Source: a virus (taxonomy: Duplodnaviria > Heunggongvirae > Uroviricota > Caudoviricetes). Taken from it: 64,000 nucleotides of DNA. The position numbers and the translations under genes were made by a program. Below are positions 57,541-64,000 of this stretch, piece by piece. Under the pieces are notes generated by a model. It was not told the DNA's origin. It did no database searches and saw nothing but the letters and a program-made list of their open reading frames with translations. The stretch is taken from the IMG/VR virus record IMGVR_UViG_3300028534_000514, positions 192,001 through 256,000 of that record, one strand, 5' to 3'. How positions within the stretch are numbered: position 1 is the stretch's first letter; each line of letters begins with the position of its first letter.

Positions 57541-58321
57541 TTATGTCCTTTGGGTTTTCTTTGTAAATTGAATCTTCAAATAAAAATTTATGCTCTGGTG
57601 GTAATGAATCGTAGACTTCATATGCAAGATCTCGAATCTCCCAGAGTGCTGCTTTATTGGTGCGAAGTGCTAAAAAATTCTGAAGGGATCTAGCATTGAT
57701 CGACCAAGCGAGCTCCGTCTTATAATTCTCGGGAATAGCATACTTAGCAATATCATTTGAAATACCTTTTTTAATAAGCCGTCTTAAATCTTCGAGATGA
57801 TGAAAAACAATTTCATCAACATCTGAATCCCCTGTCCATACTAGATATTTACTAGCTCTCTCATAATCTTTTATATGATGATAATCGTTAAACGATTCTT
57901 CATTCTTAAGTTCTTTGAGGGTGTAACGTGTTGATTTAACGCTTGGACTTGCTATTCGATGTCTAGCCAGTTCTTGAAGACAAGCGCGTGATATGCCACT
58001 AATATGAAAGTTATAATATAGATGTTCAAGAGTACTAGCATGCTTGAATTTATTACCAACCCTATCTATTAAGGCCTTATCAGATTCTCCTGTTTTTTTA
58101 TAAAAAGAAACATCACCTGATTTACACTTAGGGCAGTAATGTCTACCAAATTCATCATACGGAAATTCTCCTTCGTTTATTGGTGAAATAAACCCGCAAT
58201 CTGCACATTCATATACTTCTTGTGTATCACTTTTATCGAACGATGCCCAACAAGTTCGTGTGCCATCCGCAGCCACCCACAGGGGTGTATGATGCAATAA
58301 TTCTACTTCGCATTGTTTCAT
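57533..58321 (-). CDS. thyX: Flavin-dependent thymidylate synthase with zinc-ribbon insertion
   Basis: KHASTLEH, SRACLQELARHR...SVKSTRY, NARSLQNFLALR, WEIR. Confidence 0.95.
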   Translation of the reverse strand: MKQCEVELLHHTPLWVAADGTRTCWASFDKSDTQEVYECADCGFISPINEGEFPYDEFGRHYCPKCKSGDVSFYKKTGESDKALIDRVGNKFKHASTLEHLYYNFHISGISRACLQELARHRIASPSVKSTRYTLKELKNEESFNDYHHIKDYERASKYLVWTGDSDVDEIVFHHLEDLRRLIKKGISNDIAKYAIPENYKTELAWSINARSLQNFLALRTNKAALWEIRDLAYEVYDSLPPEHKFLFEDSIYKENPKDINE

Positions 58322-58455
58322 TGTCTTTCCTTTCTAAAATCTTTACAACTATCTTTTTTATCCATACTGATATTATGCAATTTGCAATAAACATAAGATT
58401 TATTATAAATTAATTCTGAATGGCGGCAATTAGCGCATATCTTTTCAATATTCAT
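58318..58455 (-). CDS. Small four-cysteine protein (45 aa) absent from the ORF track
   Basis: MNIEKICANCRHSELIYNKSYVYCKLHNISMDKKDSCKDFRKERQ; overlaps both neighbours (ATGA with thyX). Confidence 0.65.
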   Translation of the reverse strand: MNIEKICANCRHSELIYNKSYVYCKLHNISMDKKDSCKDFRKERQ

Positions 58456-58642
58456 CTGATTCCTTCTTTTTAATTTCTCTTTCAAATATTGTATCATAAA
58501 TAAGTTCGGCCATCTTTATATCAAATGAACTACCGTATTTAGATTTCATGCTGAATAGAACACTTGACTTATTTTTCCAAGTATTTAATCCAAATTTTTT
58601 AAAATTATCTTCCATAATTTCAGACAATTTTTCAAATGTCAT
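58445..58642 (-). CDS. Small hypothetical protein
   Basis: 65 aa, SD aagga. Confidence 0.65.
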   Translation of the reverse strand: MTFEKLSEIMEDNFKKFGLNTWKNKSSVLFSMKSKYGSSFDIKMAELIYDTIFEREIKKKESDEY

Positions 58643-58657
58643 TTTATATTTCCTTCA

Positions 58658-58668
58658 ATATATTTATA
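58658..58668 (-). promoter_or_regulatory. Putative phage promoter TATAAATATAT
   Basis: Repeated 11-mer, upstream of the thyX-clpP-exonuclease unit. Confidence 0.5.
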
Positions 58669-59608
58669 TAGCGAGTCTTATTGTCTCTTCGCTAAAAAGT
58701 TTTTTAAATTGATCAAGTTTTTTATTTACATTAAAATCAAGAATAGTTCTTAAATCAAATTGTATATTATTTTCTTGAAATATTCTTCTAGCCTCTTCGA
58801 TATCGGACTCTGAGCCAAAATCAGTTGGCCAGGAAAGGGTATTAGTTTTAGATGTTATTAACTCCTTCGGTATTTGGTATTCCGTACTCGGAGATTTTTT
58901 ATCCATTTCCTGCAGTAATTTTTCAGGATTAATAATAATCTGAGTTTGAAGAATACTTTCACCGGGTCTAAAAATATCTCGAAATAAATAATTATAGAGC
59001 ATTGCGCCTTCGACCTGTTTTGGTATGGTTTTAAGGGTTTTAAGACTCCATTTCTTTGGAATTCCAAATTCATGAACATTGAACGTCTCAACAGCTTTTT
59101 CAACTCGCTTTATGTATTTTTGGCGAATATCAAAAAATATTTTACGATAGAGTTCTATTTCGTTTACAATACTAAAATCTAACAATAAAACATTATAAAC
59201 TTCTGTTAGCAAGTCCAAAACTATAGGGGTTGAATCAGCTTTTACAATTTGACCCCCAGTTTTTTTAACTTCTGGTGGATCATAAAAGGTACCCTCATCC
59301 CATAATTTTGTCAATCCATAATATTTTTTAGCATTAAAAAATCCACGGTAGGCTACAATTTCTGATTTGAAATCCATAAAATTATATTTTGGATCAACAT
59401 TTCCAAATTTAACAACAGTATCATTAAATATTTTCATATATGCTTCATTCAATTCGTGGGCTATATTCTGAGCATATTCTACAGTTTTATGTTGATCCTC
59501 GAATTTATCGAATGGTAGAGGTACCATAGAATAACTGGAGTCTGTATCACTATATAATGTAAATTTACTGCCGTCAACCTTCTCAATAAATCCTGGTTCA
59601 AGTATCAC
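58664..59608 (-). CDS. Family B DNA polymerase, C-terminal piece (motif C + thumb)
   Basis: LYSDTDS, FKSE, AKKYY, KKTGGQIVKADST, GAMLYN. Confidence 0.85.
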   Translation of the reverse strand: MILEPGFIEKVDGSKFTLYSDTDSSYSMVPLPFDKFEDQHKTVEYAQNIAHELNEAYMKIFNDTVVKFGNVDPKYNFMDFKSEIVAYRGFFNAKKYYGLTKLWDEGTFYDPPEVKKTGGQIVKADSTPIVLDLLTEVYNVLLLDFSIVNEIELYRKIFFDIRQKYIKRVEKAVETFNVHEFGIPKKWSLKTLKTIPKQVEGAMLYNYLFRDIFRPGESILQTQIIINPEKLLQEMDKKSPSTEYQIPKELITSKTNTLSWPTDFGSESDIEEARRIFQENNIQFDLRTILDFNVNKKLDQFKKLFSEETIRLAI

Positions 59609-59849
59609 AAGGTTTCCTTGTTAGGTCGTATGGGCTTACCCAAAAACTAACTAATTCAAACTTTCCATTATTTTCAGATAGACCTTGAATTCTAACTGTA
59701 TTCCGATTATTAAAAGCGTTTAGTTTATTTAGGACAAGAACTTGAGTATTTTGAAATTCCTTGAAATACCTAAACGAACAGCCGACCTTACTTTTTTTAT
59801 CTGATTTTAATATATAATATTCTCCAACATATATATCTTTAACTCTCAT
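59598..59849 (-). CDS. Small hypothetical protein (SH3-like beta pattern)
   Basis: 83 aa, SD aagga. Confidence 0.65.
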   Translation of the reverse strand: MRVKDIYVGEYYILKSDKKSKVGCSFRYFKEFQNTQVLVLNKLNAFNNRNTVRIQGLSENNGKFELVSFWVSPYDLTRKPCDT

Positions 59850-59851
59850 TT

Positions 59852-62608
59852 TTATTCCTTTTGATATGCTTCCTCCAATAATTGGAATTTAATGTTCATC
59901 GTGCTTAATTCCCCGCGAATTAAATTATTTAATAGTTCATTGACTTCTTCATTATTTAAATTTTTCATGTTGCTGGTATATAGCAAATCCATTATCCGCT
60001 CAAACAATATATCTAATTTAAAGAAGTTTTGCGAGTGGCGATGAATAATATTTTTTGATTTTATTCCCAAATAACTTTTTTCGAATTTAGAAAGTATACG
60101 TGTTCTTTCTTTTATATCGTAAGGTGCCTTAATTTTTGAGTAAATAATCTTTCCGATACTCCCTTCCGGTTCATGCATAAACGTACTACGCACAGCGGTG
60201 CGTACGGCATAACTGTCCGCCTTAAAAGTATCACTATTTATTCTTTTTAAAAAATATTCTGGTACCTTAAGCAAAATATCATATATTATAGAGATTACTT
60301 CTTCAGGAAGACTTTGAATAAGCATATTAGTATAATCCCAGCAGAAATTTTTATTTGGTAAAAAATCTTTAATAGTTTGATTATATTCAAGGGTTGGACC
60401 AATAAATTCATAGGCTAAAATCTCTTCAAATTTACTCATATTTAGTAATTCTGATTTTGAATAAACGAAATAATCATCGTATATTTTGGCCATTTCATTT
60501 TGAAATTCCTCAGTCTCAATATAATTCTCTAAAAGAATAGTTTCTTCGCCATAAAACTGTTTTATTTTCTTAAGCTCACTCTTAGACAAAAAATATATCT
60601 TTTTTTTTGGATATTTTTCCAACATCGGTATTAAAAATTCAGTACTTAAATCCCTAATCGGGTAAGGACTACCTCTAAAAATAAATTCTTTTTTAGTTAC
60701 ATGAAATTCTACAAATAAAGATGATTCCATATTAAATGAATCCATTTTTTTCGCGAAGCTTTCACCGGACTTAGTATTTATAATACCTGTTCCTGTATAT
60801 ATTGAAACTGTCTCCGGTAAAAATTCTCTTTTTTTTGAAGTTGGTTTTATATCAATAGAACCTTCAAAATCACTATATAATATAACATGCGAAGCCAACT
60901 TTTTGAGTTTTTTAAGCATCATCAATTCAAATTTATCAGTAGTCCCAATAATAGTTACCAAATTTGCCCCATTTTTTTTTAGCCTTGAAGCGAATATACG
61001 AGTTTTATTCTTCCAAGCCTGAGTTGTCCCGCTATCATTTATAATAATATAATTATCATATTTTGAACATTTTGCCTCTTTATAGGCAACTGAGCTAATG
61101 AAGGATGCATCAGAATATGACGGATAGAACATTTCAGCTTTGGAGTAATAATATTCCTTACGCTCTTTTATAGCTTTGAGAGATAGAGTTTCTTTTTCGA
61201 GACGGCCATTTGAAAAGATATAAGGGGTATCTGATACATTAAATAATATATCAAAAAATTTAGAAATTTGGTTTGTTCCAAAAAAATCATCAAAAGAACC
61301 GTAGGTTTCATTAAAATAATCAATTATTGGAAAAAAGCTTTTTGTAAAATGTTTATATTCATTTGCGTGAGACGAATTAATAATAAAATATTTTTGAATA
61401 AATTTTAAAGCCAGAAAATTTTCATCAACTGGTTTCGGTTTATATAAACTTCTATATTTTTTAATAACCTTTTCCCATTTAGCTTTGTAAAAGCTTAGAA
61501 TATTACCATAAAGATCAGCATTTATTTCTTGTATTTCTTCAAGGGTAATTGGTTTATTTGGAATGGATAATGTTAAAAATTCGATAGAGGGTACCATTCT
61601 CTTAGCAAGAATTAATTTCCTTTCATTATCCTCTTTTGATCTACCAAAATCCAAAGTTTCAAAAGAATTAACATGTATAATCTGATCATTTAATTTTGCG
61701 ATCATCATATTATATGAAAATCTATTTAATGGATCTGAAAAATTTTTTTTAAAAAACTCCTCGTATTTAAGATCAGAAATTATTTCATAATTCTCTTTTT
61801 TAAAGTCCGGATATCTGGTTATCTCCAATTCATTTAAACTATGATATGGATAGAAGCTTTCTCTTTCATTAAAATCCTGGAAATAAATAATATTATCCAG
61901 GTCTATACGTTCTATTAACCCTTTTTTATATAAAATTTCATTTAATATTTTTAGGGTCATCGTTTTAAAAAGAGGTGCGTTTCTACTTAATAGGTGGTTG
62001 GAATATTTTGACAGCTTACAAAATTTTTCATATATTTCGTGATCAGCGAGTATTCCTAAATTTTGCATATTAAAATCAAATTCCTTAATATTAAAATAAT
62101 AATTTGGAATATGCACACTAAATATAAGGGAAACATGTCCATATTCAGAACCAAATGCATAATTTTCTTTATAAAGTTTTTCTGTAATTTCTCCTTGGGT
62201 ATCTAAATTTAAAACTTTTCCTTGTATCGACTCATTTATTTTAAAATTCTTAATTGCGAATATATCTTTATTCTTGGTGGCTACCTGTATAATAGGCTCA
62301 CCCGCCATACATTCGGAAACAAGATAATCATTTAGTTCTGTATCCTCTATTTTAAAGGTTTTATTTAAAATTTCACTCTGATCTATATTAAGCGGTATTT
62401 CTACTATTGATGTGTTATTTGATTGGCCCCGCTTATCATGGGCTGCTCTATCCGCAGTTAATAAATAGTATGGGGCGGTATAACTACTACCTCTTATATT
62501 TCTAGCACTTGACTTTGCTTCGAAAAAATAAATTTTTTTATTATCTAACTGTACTTTTTCCAATAACTTAAATATACCTAAATAATCTGATGTTCCTGAG
62601 ATTGTCAT
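59852..62608 (-). CDS. Large hypothetical protein
   Basis: 918 aa, TAATG-coupled to gat-queC; no recognised motif. Confidence 0.8.
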   Translation of the reverse strand: MTISGTSDYLGIFKLLEKVQLDNKKIYFFEAKSSARNIRGSSYTAPYYLLTADRAAHDKRGQSNNTSIVEIPLNIDQSEILNKTFKIEDTELNDYLVSECMAGEPIIQVATKNKDIFAIKNFKINESIQGKVLNLDTQGEITEKLYKENYAFGSEYGHVSLIFSVHIPNYYFNIKEFDFNMQNLGILADHEIYEKFCKLSKYSNHLLSRNAPLFKTMTLKILNEILYKKGLIERIDLDNIIYFQDFNERESFYPYHSLNELEITRYPDFKKENYEIISDLKYEEFFKKNFSDPLNRFSYNMMIAKLNDQIIHVNSFETLDFGRSKEDNERKLILAKRMVPSIEFLTLSIPNKPITLEEIQEINADLYGNILSFYKAKWEKVIKKYRSLYKPKPVDENFLALKFIQKYFIINSSHANEYKHFTKSFFPIIDYFNETYGSFDDFFGTNQISKFFDILFNVSDTPYIFSNGRLEKETLSLKAIKERKEYYYSKAEMFYPSYSDASFISSVAYKEAKCSKYDNYIIINDSGTTQAWKNKTRIFASRLKKNGANLVTIIGTTDKFELMMLKKLKKLASHVILYSDFEGSIDIKPTSKKREFLPETVSIYTGTGIINTKSGESFAKKMDSFNMESSLFVEFHVTKKEFIFRGSPYPIRDLSTEFLIPMLEKYPKKKIYFLSKSELKKIKQFYGEETILLENYIETEEFQNEMAKIYDDYFVYSKSELLNMSKFEEILAYEFIGPTLEYNQTIKDFLPNKNFCWDYTNMLIQSLPEEVISIIYDILLKVPEYFLKRINSDTFKADSYAVRTAVRSTFMHEPEGSIGKIIYSKIKAPYDIKERTRILSKFEKSYLGIKSKNIIHRHSQNFFKLDILFERIMDLLYTSNMKNLNNEEVNELLNNLIRGELSTMNIKFQLLEEAYQKE

Positions 62609-63957
62609 TATGATTCCTTAATATTTTGAATTGCTTTTTGTCTCAATATACATGAGCCACATTGGCCGCACGGGCTTCCATCTTTATTTGGATAATAACA
62701 ACTTTTGCTTAAAAGTAGCAATTGCTCCAATGTAGCAATCCCATGTAATATGCTAAATGATTTTAGCATATTAGATTTAGTTTTTTGGAAGTATGGTGAG
62801 ACTACGTTATAGGTCCCAGATAATTGGTAATCTTTTCCTCCATAAATAACGGTTTTATTTATTGTATCTAACCATCCTTCAGAATTATCCATATATACCA
62901 TGCCCTCTGATAAATTTAATCCAAATAAAAAATCAACATTTTTTAAATTAAGAGCTTCTGCTCTGCTCGCTAATAGAAGAGCAAATTGTGAATTTCTATA
63001 TGGTACATATGCTATTGGTGATTCTGTTTCTTTGATTTCTCCGGTATAAAAAGGACTATTCTTAGAAATTTTTGGGATGGGAGCTTTATTTAATTTGAAA
63101 TATTCATCAAAATATTGCTGAGCCTCAAGAATTTCGATTTCAATTGGAATATTAAATTCAGAACTATAAAAATCCTTGAATTTTTCCAAAGTAGTTATTT
63201 CTTCTTTTTCTGCGATGCTACCCCACGCAAAATAATAAAGAACTGCTTTTTTATAATTTCCTTTTTTTAATTGATCATAGGTTGATAAGGCAATATCCAT
63301 ACCACCAGAAAAAGATGCAAAAAGTATTCTCTCTTCTGTATCCTGAGGAATATCAATTACTACAGGATCAAATATTGTTAAATCTGTAGTTGCGAATATG
63401 TCACCAAGATATTCCCCGGATGATATGATTCTATTACTCCATATTTTTAATCCATGTTCATATTTAAATACTCTATTATCCTTAAGTCCGAGAATACAAA
63501 AAGTTCCTTCTGCTTCACTCCAATTGGATATTGGTATACTTTTTAGTATTTCAGTATCTGCCCGAATTTCGGCATTATATTTTTTTGATAACTCCTGATC
63601 ATTATGAATTGTCCCATGAACCGCAAAAAAAGTTCCACCTTCTATATTGTGAAGATAAGGTTGTTCTTCAACGGTTGAGTTTTCCATTTCTGGCTGCTGC
63701 CTAGAAAAAAGAAGAATAGACATCTCTTGATCCTCGATATCCATATTTTTAAATATTTTTAAGGCCTCTGAAAATAATGGAGCAGCATCCATTGGGTTAG
63801 ATAGTATTAAATTTGAATTATTTATAGAAACACATAAACTAAAATAATCGCCTCCTTTATCATCCAATATATTATTTAAAATACTTACATATAATCTATC
63901 TTTTGCCAATGTTTTAAATTTTTCGACTGTTGTTTGTAATGCAATGATTTGACACAT
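62608..63957 (-). CDS. queC: Gat-QueC fusion (Ntn glutamine amidotransferase + preQ0 synthase; archaeosine-forming type)
   Basis: N-terminal M-C nucleophile, HGTIHN, DTE; then SGGMD, VPYRN, SCY...PCGQCGSCILR. Confidence 0.9.
   Translation of the reverse strand: MCQIIALQTTVEKFKTLAKDRLYVSILNNILDDKGGDYFSLCVSINNSNLILSNPMDAAPLFSEALKIFKNMDIEDQEMSILLFSRQQPEMENSTVEEQPYLHNIEGGTFFAVHGTIHNDQELSKKYNAEIRADTEILKSIPISNWSEAEGTFCILGLKDNRVFKYEHGLKIWSNRIISSGEYLGDIFATTDLTIFDPVVIDIPQDTEERILFASFSGGMDIALSTYDQLKKGNYKKAVLYYFAWGSIAEKEEITTLEKFKDFYSSEFNIPIEIEILEAQQYFDEYFKLNKAPIPKISKNSPFYTGEIKETESPIAYVPYRNSQFALLLASRAEALNLKNVDFLFGLNLSEGMVYMDNSEGWLDTINKTVIYGGKDYQLSGTYNVVSPYFQKTKSNMLKSFSILHGIATLEQLLLLSKSCYYPNKDGSPCGQCGSCILRQKAIQNIKES
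62705..62738. promoter_or_regulatory. Perfect double palindromic site inside gat-queC
   Basis: ttgct-taaaagt-agcaa-ttgct-ccaatgt-agcaa. Confidence 0.7.
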
Positions 63958-64000
63958 ATTTGATTCCTTTTTTAATTCTAATAAAAAATAAAAATAAAAT

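Noticed and set aside
30641-59608. Split inteins or group I introns joining the polB pieces
   Set aside because: No Cys/Ser-start or His-Asn-end intein segments, and the flanking gaps are too short for intron structure.
1988-62738. AGCAATTGCT elements as a CRISPR array, MITE or REP family
   Set aside because: Copies are kilobases apart, their internal 7-mers differ, there are no target duplications and no cas operon. Reported as a binding-site motif instead.
589-63598. Many short opposite-strand or alternate-frame track ORFs (e.g. 589..957, 20599..20871, 26047..26370, 45130..45468, 56735..57106)
   Set aside because: They are shadows of longer, motif-bearing genes and show no recognisable motifs.
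1-64000. Stop-codon reassignment
   Set aside because: Conserved genes are full length in code 11, and TAA, TAG and TGA all end genes with tight packing.

Overview
A 64 kb, very AT-rich, densely coding segment of a jumbo myovirus genome in the standard genetic code. It has AR9/phiKZ-like features, and its ThyX and TonB-dependent receptor point to a probable Campylobacterota host. Bases 1-13.6 kb are a + strand virion block: probable core/internal head proteins, a tail-tube-fold protein, a gp6/J-like baseplate wedge, a decayed homing-endonuclease fragment and a GIY-YIG nuclease, ending at a bidirectional terminator. Bases 13.6-64 kb are all - strand. This arm holds SbcCD (the SbcC appears circularly permuted), two-subunit topoisomerase II, a family B DNA polymerase in at least three separate genes, and a complete but dispersed 7-deazaguanine DNA-modification set (folE, queD, queE, gat-queC, dpdA-like; predicted product archaeosine). 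It also holds a ThiF/E1 + E2-like + JAB operon with no visible ubiquitin-like protein, a MoxR AAA+/vWA pair, ThyX with a zinc-ribbon insert, ClpP, a PRTase, a TonB-dependent receptor, two peptidoglycan hydrolases and one tRNA-like gene with an 8-nt anticodon loop. The strongest signal not explained by gene content is a dispersed palindromic site, TTGCT-N7-AGCAA. It usually occurs as an abutting pair, both upstream of genes (including an HTH gene and a polymerase gene) and inside coding sequence. All assignments come from motif recognition by eye; no searches were run.
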